DNA of 63,456 nt, filler included, from Craspedostauros australis (taxonomy: Eukaryota): the NCBI GenBank assembly GCA_030167865.1. It is 15 parts of 15 records of this genome, joined end to end, with 100 filler letters (N's around TTAATTAATTAA, not from the genome) between each part and the next. Parts side by side here need not be neighbours in the genome. Positions count along the whole stretch, not along the records: positions 49,775 to 56,444 come from JALAGF010000015.1; positions 56,545 to 58,855 come from JALAGF010000017.1; positions 58,956 to 60,015 come from JALAGF010000018.1; positions 60,116 to 61,855 come from JALAGF010000019.1; 11 more parts are not named here. One strand, 5' to 3'. Shown piece by piece: positions 49,675 to 60,507 of this stretch. The notes beneath the pieces were generated by a model. That model ran no database searches. It had not been told where the DNA came from and worked only from the letters and a program-made list of their open reading frames with translations. The position numbers and the translations under genes were made by a program. Position 1 is the stretch's first letter. Each line of letters starts with the position of its first letter.

Positions 49675-50889
49675 NNNNNNNNNNNNNNNNNNNNNNNNNN
49701 NNNNNNNNNNNNNNNNNNTTAATTAATTAANNNNNNNNNNNNNNNNNNNNNNNNNNNNNNNNNNNNNNNNNNNNCTCGATTGGCGCTGCCCACGATGGAT
49801 CGCACTCAGATGATGAAGTCGGTGTCAGCGATAAGGTGAGACTTCCCGACGTTGACTGCGCTCTGTCAGTACTACGACGAGTACGACCTATGAGCAGAGT
49901 GGTCTCCGACATGGATACCACGAGAAGAAATGGGAGACGCACAGGAACGAGAAGTAAGCGGAGGCATCACCCCGTCTCCATTTTTTTGTTTGGTTGCCGA
50001 AACTGATGATCGTCTTGTGATTCGAGACAAATCGAAGTCCCATATCCCCCTAATATAGGGGATAGCACAATGAAATGCATGCATTTGATTGGCTACCGTG
50101 ACCGTTGTGAAAATCCCCCAATATGAATATCCCCAATTTACGTATAGAAACAATAAACTAAGTCTGTCATACATCCGTCGGAACGCCTCGAATCGTGATG
50201 CACACTTTTCTTCGGGATTGGCTTGACGACCGTTAAATTTGAATCGTGTCGTATCAATTTCAACGGAACTTTGGGACGTGAAAGCGACAAAACGGGAGCG
50301 TTTCTGGCAGCAAAGATCTCGGAACTCACGGCGCCGCGCACAGCGAGCAAGGCAAACACGGGAGAACCGCGAGTGTTGGACGACTACGAGCAGCACGTAC
50401 CATCACGAATCTTCGCTGCGCACCAACACGACGGGAGTTTTTCGTTGGCAGAGGCCAAAAAGAGATCGAAGAGAAAGGAGACAAACACAGAGACAGGAGT
50501 GCTCATCCTCCTTTGTCCACATCGTCGTCTGCATCGTCACAGTCGCTGTCATTCATTGCCAGCATCGCAGCTCCATCCAACCATCGGCATCACAACGGTT
50601 CCGATCTGAAGCCACAAGGAGAGAGAAGGTCACCACAACGACGAAACCAACCACAGACCAAAGCTGCAACGTGACGCTCTTGGACAGACCAACACACGAT
50701 CACCAACGCCCGCACGACTATCTCGCACAATTAGACGGAAGAGGGTCGATTCCCAAGTGCGAAACTTCACACAGAACAGCACAGCGCAAGCAAGGAGACA
50801 CCAGTTCCCAAGTGAGTGACACCCACAAGAGCACACAACAACGATAGCAGCAACAACGATAACAGCAACAGCAGCTATTACTCTTAATC

Positions 50890-53193
50890 ATGTTGCCGGC
50901 CCACGCAGCGTCACAGATGGAGGCGCCGACGGCCACCACGGGCATGACGCTGAGGCGGCTCGAGAAGGTGCAATCGTCGTCAGGTGAGCGCCTGCGACAG
51001 CTGCAGACCCACCTCGACGCCCTCACGACGGAGTACGACACCAAGAAGGACACCATCGAACGATCGAAGGCCCGCATCAAGTCCCTCAACAAGCTGCGCA
51101 CGACGAAGTGGGAGCCCGGTCTCGTCGAGGCCAAGGACAAGCAGAAGGAATGGGCCAAGAATGCTGCGGATGCGGAGCTCGAGGAGATCGACGGCGAGCG
51201 GCGCATGGACTACATCACGTCGGAGTGCAAGCTGGCGAGGACGGCTCTGGAGGAGGAGAAGGCGGCGCGGCAGGCGGAGCTGGATGCCATCAATGGTCAA
51301 GGCGACGCGTCTTCGGACGAACAACCGGCTGCTGCTGCCAGCGCCGCCAATGCGGACGGAGACGAATGGGCCGATGCCCGGTCCGGTGAGGAAGAGGAGA
51401 AGAAGACAAGCAAAAAGACAAAGAAGAGCGGCGGCGGCTTCTCATGGTCAAACCTCTTCGCTGTGTGCACGGCTCCAGACCAGGACGACACCGTCCAGAA
51501 GCTGGAGGCCACGTTGAAGGACTGGGAGAGGCAGCTGGCCACCATCAAGGCAGATCAGGTCAAGATCAAGAAGCGGCACGCCCAGATGCTCAAGACCTCG
51601 CAAGGTTGGGACTCCAAGGTCGACTACCTCTCCACGAAGATCGAGGAGGCGAAGGTCGAAGTGGTGGAGCTCAACGACCTCATCGAGAAGCTCCCTCCGG
51701 ACCTGCCGCCGCTGGAGAAGAAGATCAAGGCCTGCAAGAAGGACGTGGACTCCATCCAGGGCGCCTTCGACAAGGTCAACGGCCTGCACATCAAGTTCCA
51801 GCACGCTCACGCGCTGGAGGAAGCCGACAAGGCCAAGGGCGCCATGGAATCCCTCAAGAATCGCCTCGAGAATGCCCTTGCCGATGCCTCCTGGTGGAAG
51901 GACACCGCGTCCTCGCTGGAGGAGCGCATGGAGCATCTCGAGCTCACGAAGCGACAGATGGAATCCTCCGTCCTCAACAGCCAATCGCAGGTCTTCGTGC
52001 TCAAGGAGCAGATCAAGACCATGCAAGAGCAGGTCACCCGAGCGCAGATGGAAACCCGCAAGATGGAGACGCAGGTCGAGGCCATGGAATCGCAGAAGGC
52101 CGTCATGCGAGAGCTCCTCAAGGAGCGCGTCCTGCGACAAGAGCAGTCCGTGCAGCAGGCCCAAAGGCAGCACCAGCTGCAGCACGAAGTCGAGAGGCTC
52201 AAGATGCGCCTGGAGTCGTCCCAGACCACGATCGAGGCCCTGTCCAAGACCAAGAACGTCACCATGGGCGAGGGCGCCGCCGACAAGGCCACGCCCGACA
52301 TGATCGAGGCCATCTTCCGAGAACCATCGGCCCTCGATACCAGCGTTCTGTCCGCGATCGGTGCAGGAGACGACGAGAAGAAGACCGACGGGCACATTAT
52401 TGGCACGGAGTTCGGCGGAGAGTTTGGAAACACAGCACCATCACTTCTTGGCGATAGCAACGACAGTTTCATGGCCAATGAAGATGATGCGCTTATGCTC
52501 GCCGGCCTCCCTGCTTCACCACAACGTGCTGGACGTTCCAGCAACAGACCGCGCTCCAATTCCGGTTCCGGCGTGTCCGTCGGCTCGGCTTCCGTCAACT
52601 CCACCACCTCCTCGGGTTCCAACAAGTCCGAGAAGGTCATGGCACTGAAGCAGCGCATGAAGGACCTGGAGGGCAAGAAGAAGACCATCACGAGCCGACT
52701 CAACCACCAGAAATCCGTCGACGACCAGGAGAAGGAGACATCTCGCGTCATCATGCGCAACATGCAGGACGAAGTTCGTGCGGCGCAGAACAACCTCTCC
52801 AACGAACGCATGCAGCACGCCGAAACGAAGCAGCAAATGCAACTGCTCGAGGCCACCAACACTGCCGTGGAGGCACGCTGCACCCGACTCGAGGCCAAGA
52901 TCATCGGCGCACGCCAGGAGCTCAACACCGCCAGGCTCGTTCTGCAGCGCTTTCTGTCGTTGCACGAAGCCGGACGCAACATCTTCACTGGCGAGAGCTA
53001 CGACAAGATGCTGAAGGATCTGCTTGGTGATCTCGTCGAGAACGAGGCCAACCTGGCCGACGCCAACGCCGAACCCATCTCATCTGCTGGCGGTTCGGAC
53101 GTCTTTCAGGAGGCGTCCGAAGCCATGGCCAAGGACCGCAAGAAGGGCGCAGTGGATCCCCAGACGAAGGGCATCATCTCCACCGAGGCGTAA
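50890..53193 (+). CDS. Long coiled-coil protein
   Basis: 767-aa E/K/Q/L/A-rich heptad sequence with strong GC3 bias; no catalytic motif seen. Confidence 0.85.
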   Translation: MLPAHAASQMEAPTATTGMTLRRLEKVQSSSGERLRQLQTHLDALTTEYDTKKDTIERSKARIKSLNKLRTTKWEPGLVEAKDKQKEWAKNAADAELEEIDGERRMDYITSECKLARTALEEEKAARQAELDAINGQGDASSDEQPAAAASAANADGDEWADARSGEEEEKKTSKKTKKSGGGFSWSNLFAVCTAPDQDDTVQKLEATLKDWERQLATIKADQVKIKKRHAQMLKTSQGWDSKVDYLSTKIEEAKVEVVELNDLIEKLPPDLPPLEKKIKACKKDVDSIQGAFDKVNGLHIKFQHAHALEEADKAKGAMESLKNRLENALADASWWKDTASSLEERMEHLELTKRQMESSVLNSQSQVFVLKEQIKTMQEQVTRAQMETRKMETQVEAMESQKAVMRELLKERVLRQEQSVQQAQRQHQLQHEVERLKMRLESSQTTIEALSKTKNVTMGEGAADKATPDMIEAIFREPSALDTSVLSAIGAGDDEKKTDGHIIGTEFGGEFGNTAPSLLGDSNDSFMANEDDALMLAGLPASPQRAGRSSNRPRSNSGSGVSVGSASVNSTTSSGSNKSEKVMALKQRMKDLEGKKKTITSRLNHQKSVDDQEKETSRVIMRNMQDEVRAAQNNLSNERMQHAETKQQMQLLEATNTAVEARCTRLEAKIIGARQELNTARLVLQRFLSLHEAGRNIFTGESYDKMLKDLLGDLVENEANLADANAEPISSAGGSDVFQEASEAMAKDRKKGAVDPQTKGIISTEA

Positions 53194-53409
53194 GCGAAGG
53201 GACGCGCAACAACGTCAACTGGAACCGAACCATCATCATCTTCGGTCAGTGATTATCCTCCCTTTGACTTCGCGGCAACGAGCTAGCATTGTAATACAAA
53301 GTAAACTAGAGCGACTGTATATGAAGCAAAGTGGATGTCGTACGGTGTTACCTGCTATTATGAACATTAAATGCAATCTAATCAAGTGTCTACGGAGTGA
53401 CGAGATTGC

Positions 53410-54273
53410 TCATGGCACCTTCGCTGTCGCCTGCGGCCGCAAGACGGACGGCACGCGGAAGTGGTTGGCGTCCTCGTGCGCGATGGGGGTCATCGCGTCT
53501 CCCTTGCTGTGCTGTGGCTTGACCGGAGGCAGATCCGAACCGGCGGGAACCGCTGCGTTGGCATCGTCGTGCCGGATCTTCGTGGAGCTGTGCGGCTTAT
53601 CTGAAGGCTCGGCGACCGTGAGGACGATGGAGCTGTGGGCATCGTCGTCAGTCACAGCAGCGACGGTGTTGCTCTGGTAGTAGGAGATGGCGGTGGCCCC
53701 GAGACCAGCCGCGCAGATGAAAGCGATGGAAACGAGAACCACGACGGAGACAAGACTGAATTTGCGCGCCATCCACGGAGAACTTGCGCCTGGGCAGCAG
53801 TCCTGCGGTGCTTCGTCTTGCTGCCGCTGCTCGAGGTCTTGGATCTGCTGCTCGAGCTTGGTCTGGGTCTTGTCGAAGCCTTGGATGGAGGTCCACGACA
53901 TGACGCTCGCGACGTTGTCGGGTGAGGGCAGCTCCAACGCGGATCGTGTCGACATGACGGAGGGCCGGAACTCGTCGCCTTGCGGGATGAGAAGAAGCGG
54001 TGCTTCCTCGCCGTCGTCTTCTTGCTCCGCATCTTCGGATTCTGCGGTGCCACGGAAGTACTGGCCGATGTTGGCGATGCTGCCAACGCCGTGCTCCGTG
54101 CTGGGATGCGCAGAGCTGCCGCCGCTGTCTACGCTCTCGACTTCGAAGGAGACTCTGGTCTTGATTGGCTCCGGTGCTTCCTCCTTCTGGCAGAGCAGCG
54201 ACACGAGCTCACCGTACGACTTGTCGTCGTCTTGGTTGCCTCTTTGCATTCTGGTCATCGGGACGCTCGTCAT
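53410..54273 (-). CDS. Hypothetical single-pass membrane protein
   Basis: Acidic N-terminal part, short coiled coil and hydrophobic segment FSLVSVVVLVSIAFICAAGLGATAISYY; start placed at MTSVPM. Confidence 0.6.
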   Translation of the reverse strand: MTSVPMTRMQRGNQDDDKSYGELVSLLCQKEEAPEPIKTRVSFEVESVDSGGSSAHPSTEHGVGSIANIGQYFRGTAESEDAEQEDDGEEAPLLLIPQGDEFRPSVMSTRSALELPSPDNVASVMSWTSIQGFDKTQTKLEQQIQDLEQRQQDEAPQDCCPGASSPWMARKFSLVSVVVLVSIAFICAAGLGATAISYYQSNTVAAVTDDDAHSSIVLTVAEPSDKPHSSTKIRHDDANAAVPAGSDLPPVKPQHSKGDAMTPIAHEDANHFRVPSVLRPQATAKVP

Positions 54274-56544
54274 CGTCGTGGGAATCTTGGTGGTACTGAT
54301 GATGCTTGGGATGGTGCTGTTGCTTTGGTTGTGTGTTTGCGTTTGCTGGTGGTTGGATGTGATGGGGATCTGTTGACAAGTGGGCTGGGTCTCGTTGTGT
54401 TGCATTGCAGTACTCGTATGGTGTGGTGGTAATGGTGATGGTAGTGGCGCTGATGCTATTGCTGATGGTCTGTGTTGGTGCTGATCTTGCTTTTGTGCGC
54501 TCTGGCAAGAAACTGAGAAGGAAGCGAACTGGGCCGAAGGATCGTCGTAGTGGAGGGAGGTGCAGTCAACCCACGAACGAATGAAAGAACGGCAGTGGAG
54601 CAAGCTGCCGTGGTTCAACTGGATCAACTTGTTACGGCGAACTGCGATGATGCAACAGCATCCGACAAGTTGTCGATGCCACGTAAGGCGCAGTACAGCT
54701 TGTGCGGGATCCACCATCCGTTCACCGCCTTGACATTCTCCAGGCCCAGCCACACTCAGACACACGCTCGTGCAATCTTTGCGACATCGAGGAAGATCCC
54801 ATTCTCTTGTTCTTTGGTATTGATCGTGATCTGCCATGTCGCAGTATGCATAATACCAGATCCATCTCGGGCAGCGACATGTCCTTCGACTCTCTGTTTC
54901 CGTTCACCACTATGTGAATCGGCGGGTCATCCTCAACCTTTCTTGGTTGCCCCCCATTCGTTGCAACTGTCCCTCCAACTGACCGACGCTGCATTGGCTG
55001 CATTGGCTGCACTTACCTTGCCTTGGCTTCGACGTGTCACATGGTTGCGACGAATACATGGATTGTTCCACGACCATAGCTCGTACGTGTACTCCATCCC
55101 ACTCACAGGCCAAGACCAAGACGGCAAAGGAGAGCCATGCATGTGCCTCCGCCTAAGCCTCTCGTATGTGTCTGTGTGTGTAATGGATGCGCACGCGCGT
55201 CCATTTGCGAATTCTCCTTGCTTTCCTGACCAGCGCTGTGGGATTGTGCTCGTACGTTGTTTACCGCTGCTGCACAGCTTGTCTGCTGCTTGTCCCGAGA
55301 CTTGCTTGCCACGTCTTCTGGAACATTTTCGTCGTCGTCGTCGTTCAAGGATTGGCTGTTGGTCTTGTCTCAATCCCATGACCGCCACTCGCCCAGCCAA
55401 ACACCATCCACCAACCGCCGAAGAAAAAGCAACCGGGAGTGCGACCGCCACACAATCAAAGGTGTGCCTGGGACATGAATACCGCCCACCAATACCAACA
55501 CCCGCCGACCATCAGTAAACGATCCAACCGATCCAAAAAGGATCAGTTGAACGCGGCAGATCAGCGAACGACGTAACTTCGACGAAAACTGCCGTTGCGT
55601 GCGATTCTTTTTTGGCGCGAACTTCGATCCGAATGGTATCTTTCTCAACACGCTCCATTCCTCGACTTGTTCCAATGAAATACGATTGGAAGCTGCGGTG
55701 ATAATGTAGTAAGAATACTATGCAATATTTGATGGTGCTGTATCGGACAGAACCAATTCACGAACACGCTTCATTCTAGAACTTGTCGTTATTTGACCGT
55801 TATGTTCAAGTCGATCAATATGCACGACTGGATCATTTTGGAAAACCGCGCACGCTCGTTTGGCACGAAAGAACACCCGAGCCACCTGATGACACAACGC
55901 AGCCTCACAAATTGCCGAGCTTCGCCATCAACTGCTAAAATGTGCCCGTGTGTTGCTACACTTCGCCCTCCATTTGTCCCATTGTCCAGCTCTTTCTTTC
56001 ATTTGCTCGTGCGAGTCCTCACGCTCCGTCGCACTCATCCGATGTGGAGGGCCTTGACGTCACGGTGGCACACATCGAGTACGAAACCGATCGCGGCACC
56101 GGCTCGAATCGACCGCAGAGGGAGAGGAAGGGGCAATTGCAGGGTCCGAAAAGCGATGACACTTAGCCGTTCGTTTCGTGTGATGTTGGATGGGCTCGCA
56201 ACGAGTACTAGAGCACGGACACAAGTACCACGAACGCAGCATTTCAGCCCTTCTTGAAACGTCGCGGAGCGCGGAAATCTCACATGCGACGACGCTGCCT
56301 CTGCCAACAAACCCAGCATGGGCAACAAGAACAACAGCTCAATCAACAGGATGGCATAGGGCAGACGAAATCCAGGTTCCGAGGCAGCGCGCATCTGAGA
56401 GGGATTTTCAGGATTCTCAGAGTCGTCGCTTCCATCATGGCACGNNNNNNNNNNNNNNNNNNNNNNNNNNNNNNNNNNNNNNNNNNNNTTAATTAATTAA
56501 NNNNNNNNNNNNNNNNNNNNNNNNNNNNNNNNNNNNNNNNNNNN

Positions 56545-57039
56545 AGAATCTTCTATTTGATCAAAAATGTCTCCCAGTGTAAAATTGCTTTCAACCCAAA
56601 GTCGGTTATCATCGAAAATATAAACAGGTTGACCAAACCACATTTCTTCTAGTTTAGAAATTCTTAATAAATCAAAAGCCCCACCAATCCCTTTAGAGTA
56701 TATCGTTATCGGTAGACAAGCAACATTATAAGCTAATCTAGCTGTTGCTTTAAGTCTTGCTGGCTGTACAACTTTGTATAAATATCTTACAAACCCAATA
56801 CCCGATATATACCCCACAATACCTTCACCAACCTGACCTACTGCTGTGTAAACCACACCTTTAGCAAGTTCTCCAGGAACCTGTGCAACTGCAAATCCTA
56901 ACGGTTTGGCAACAGAACCTGTTAAAAGCATTCCTTTACCACAACGATACACCTCTTTGGCGGTTCTACCTCTAAAACGTCTTGCTAAAACCGGAGAGCT
57001 ACTTATATCTCCGGAAGCTACAATCAATCTGGAATTCAT
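56545..57039 (-). CDS. Hypothetical protein of the AT-rich plasmid/plastid-like contig (3' end at contig break)
   Basis: 165 open codons with AT-rich codon usage and Gly-rich hydrophobic helices; divergent from the HTH/rep pair. Confidence 0.7.
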
Positions 57040-57239
57040 AATGTAATATCTTCTGTTATTTAAGATTAATAGTACGACAGTTTACTATACCAAGAATATA
57101 CTCAAAAGTCTACCTAACCGCAAATATTTTTTTCACCACTAAAAGAAGGCTCTACTCAAGCTCTCAAAACTACTTCACAGTCCTTAAAACGCTCTATCAG
57201 AAGATATTTCAATCTTAGTATCTGGTTAAAGCACAACCC

Positions 57240-57268
57240 TTGACGAACAGGTGTACACAAACTATACT
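57240..57268 (+). promoter_or_regulatory. sigma70-type promoter TTGACG-N17-TATACT
   Basis: -35 at 57240-57245 and -10 at 57263-57268 with exact 17-nt spacing, 53 nt upstream of the ATG at 57322. Confidence 0.7.
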
Positions 57269-57321
57269 AAAAGTATATTAAATCCAAAAATTACTTATTA
57301 GTCAGAATCAGAGGTATCGGT

Positions 57322-57600
57322 ATGGACGAGTCAGTTCAAAGTCAGAAGCGTCGAAAAGAAAGACAACGAGAAAGAATAGTTGCTCCTAAAAAAGCTGGAA
57401 AATATCGAGGACGAAAAACTGTTATCAATAAGAAATTAATCGCTGAAGTTAAGTATTTGAAGCAAACCAAGACGCTATCTCTTAGTCAACTTGTCAAGAT
57501 TACCGGAAAAAGCCGGAACACCATATATAAAGTTTTAAAGAATCATCTTGGCTATGTTTCGAATCGTTTAGTTAAGGAGCAAACAAATGAACCAAAGTAA
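57322..57600 (+). CDS. Truncated serine recombinase/resolvase: arm end plus HTH_7 DNA-binding domain only
   Basis: RRKERQRERIVAPKKAGKYRGRK followed by HTH LSQLVKITGKSRNTIYKVL; SD-like GAGGT at 57311-57315; no catalytic YxRVS domain. Confidence 0.8.
   Translation: MDESVQSQKRRKERQRERIVAPKKAGKYRGRKTVINKKLIAEVKYLKQTKTLSLSQLVKITGKSRNTIYKVLKNHLGYVSNRLVKEQTNEPK
57574..57579 (+). promoter_or_regulatory. Shine-Dalgarno AAGGAG for the rep-like gene
   Basis: 7 nt upstream of the ATG at 57587, inside the end of the HTH ORF (14-nt overlap). Confidence 0.7.
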
Positions 57601-58855
57601 ATTCACTTTTGAATCTGAAAATTTAGTTGTTGATTGGATTTCTTTTAATGTAGGGGGTTTAATCCATTTTAAATCAATTGCGAAATATTTTTTTGAAACA
57701 TATAATTTTAACTCTATTATCTTAAAAAACCGGAGCGAAAAAGAAAATTATTTATTTTATGATAAAAGAAACGAGTACCAGGTTTCCTTTAAACAGTATG
57801 AGTATGATCCTAAATCAAAAAGTTTTTGGATTGGAACTGTAATTTCTTTTTCGGGAAAAAATGCCAACTGTTTTTACAATTACATCAAAAAATATCAATT
57901 CGATTGGAATGTTTTTGATATAAAAAAAGTCAGCCTTGGACGATTTGATCTTTGTTATTTTCGAGAAACACAGACCACTGACCAAAAAAGACAACTTGAA
58001 AAATTTTTAAGTAACACTTTTGATAAACTAGTGAATCAGTCTCAAAAAAATAATCTTAATTACGATCGAAGTTCGAAAGGGTACATATTACGAATTGGAA
58101 GTAGAAAAAGTTCCAATTTTTATCGTATTTACCAAACAGAAAATGGCTTAAGGTTTGAATTAGAAATAAAAAAAAAGCAAATTCAGCAATATTCAAACAT
58201 GTTATCGGTTAATGATACTGAAAAATTTGAAGAAAAATTGACTAAACATTTTTACATTTATTCTAAAAAAGTATTAGCACTGGACGACTATTACACCGAT
58301 TGGTTAATTAAATATTTTCGAAAAGCTAACAAACCCATAAACTCTTTAGTCACCAGTTATTTTCAAGAACAAACTATAAACGAACTATCCAAAATCTTGG
58401 AGGTTTTTACTTTATTACAGTTATTAGCCTTTTGTCGCACTAAAAAAAATCCTAATAACGTACAAATCTATGACCAAACATATTGTCTTATAGAGTTTCC
58501 TCTACAACAATTTATGAAATTCTCAGGAGTAGAATCTATCAACCAATACCAACGAAATAAATTCATTGAGAGTTTTTATAGTTTTCAAAAAACCGAACCA
58601 TTGCTAATTTCTTTTTCTGATCTACAGTTTCAGAGTCTACTGATGTTTCCCTATGTTAACATTCAGAAACAAGCTAATTATTGGAATGTAAAAATTGCGG
58701 TATCAAAATTACTATATGACTATTCCTACCCATTTGGATTCCCTAATACATTTTTAACCTATGATAATATTTATGACTTACAAGTTAAATTTAAAGTTAT
58801 TCAATCCATAAGTACAGTTTATTTAGAGAAAGTATTTTATATAGAAGTTTTTCTT
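57587..58855 (+). CDS. Putative Rep_trans-family rolling-circle replication initiator; resembles the large ORFs of diatom plasmids/plastid genomes (3' truncated)
   Basis: VVDWISF, LGRFDLCY and LRIGSRKSSNFYRIYQTENGLRFELEIK follow the order of the Rep_trans motifs (RxD; GSRxS...RIY; RxExE); AT-rich and intronless. Confidence 0.7.
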
Positions 58856-58955
58856 NNNNNNNNNNNNNNNNNNNNNNNNNNNNNNNNNNNNNNNNNNNNT
58901 TAATTAATTAANNNNNNNNNNNNNNNNNNNNNNNNNNNNNNNNNNNNNNNNNNNN

Positions 58956-59313
58956 CGGTGACTACTTCGTGCACGCCGTCGACTACTACAAGGCGTGGGG
59001 TTGCAAGATCAAGGTGGACGACGTCATGCAGCGCCGCAAGAAGTTCCTCAAGCATGTCAACGACCCGAACCGCAAACATCCAGAGGGCCTCACCGACGAC
59101 GGAAAAGGCAACTACCTCTTTGGAATCACCCGCGACACCTTCACTGGAGCGATCACCACAAGGGGCGCAGGGTTGGAAGCCTTCATCGATGCGGAAGACG
59201 GCCCCGAGCAAGGTGCCGGGGTGCTCGTCTTCGGATCAGAGCTCGGAGATGGCGTGGAGGGATCTGTGGGCCTCGATGAGGATGAGCTCTCCGTCCTCAC
59301 GGACATTGCGTAG
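58956..59313 (+). CDS. C-terminal fragment of a TPR-like signalling protein (5' truncated)
   Basis: DYFVHAVDYYKAWGCKIKV parallels the YDEWGASKKV motif of 2347-3907; GC3-biased codons. Confidence 0.5.
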
Positions 59314-59856
59314 GCCACGTGTGAACATTCGGTGGAGGTGATCTATCTTCCTTGCGCTTTTCGCAGATTGAGGAATCAGCACGCAGAATAGTAGAATGAT
59401 GGCAACGGTAATTGGAGTTTGGAAATATAATAGGGAATAGTAATGGTCATGACAGCAGTTGCAACACGAGTGACACAAACCATCGTGGTCGGACGCCGCC
59501 AAAGCCTGCCCTGCGGCTCCTTTTTGTTGCCTTCGAACCATGGAACAAGCCCCACTTCGCTGAGACAGGGTTGAATGCATTTCATTTCGGACTTGGCCTT
59601 CCATCGGTGGATCGACGAGTGCTCGTAGCTCGTGTGAGCGGGGGACGTGAATGATGTCGAATGGTTGCGTGACAAGTTCTTGTGCCGTGCACGAGTATGT
59701 GCGGATCATAGCAGATCATAGCATAGAGCACCCCAAACGAAAGGTCACCAAGGAGAGATCATCCCCAAGGAGGCGAACCGCGAGGGTTGTTCGTCCTTGC
59801 TGACATGTTCGCGTGTTGTCATCCAGTTGATCCTCTCTCTAGATTTAATTGGAGAC

Positions 59857-60015
59857 AGTTGAGATTCAATGAGGGACAGACTATTACCGGACATGGTATC
59901 AACCCGATGGGAGAAATTCTTGTTTTGGCGCGAAATCTTTCGACTTGATTGACCACCAAATCTTTTCTCCTCCTTTCTCTCCTCCATTCACGAATCCATC
60001 ATGACTCAAGCATGA
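59857..60015 (+). mobile_element. Left end of the AGTT...AACT element family (copy 3)
   Basis: About 160 nt closely matching 578-738. Confidence 0.85.
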
Positions 60016-60507
60016 NNNNNNNNNNNNNNNNNNNNNNNNNNNNNNNNNNNNNNNNNNNNTTAATTAATTAANNNNNNNNNNNNNNNNNNNNNNNNNNNNN
60101 NNNNNNNNNNNNNNNACGATTATATGCTTGGTTTGGATCTACTGAATAAATGTTCTTGAGTCCCGTAACAAAGTGCAGGTCGACTCACTAAGTTGGCTCC
60201 TATCTTCCATCTGGCATTTTGACCGATCCGATTAAAAATACGACAATAGCATTCTGAATACTATACTGAGGTGAACAACAGACAATTTTGTACCGCCGCT
60301 TGTATTTTTCCTACTGGAGTCTTTACAATTACGCTAAACTGTTGATACGCATCTGAAGCTCGCCTTCTCTTCCCCAATGCTTGTACTTGCCACGCCGAAA
60401 CAAGACTATCTGCGCTCGTGCTCACACTTTCCACACTCTACGGCTATTCCATTCCGTCGATGATCCCATCGACAGCATTCTCACACTTCCATCTCCTCTT
60501 CATCGTC

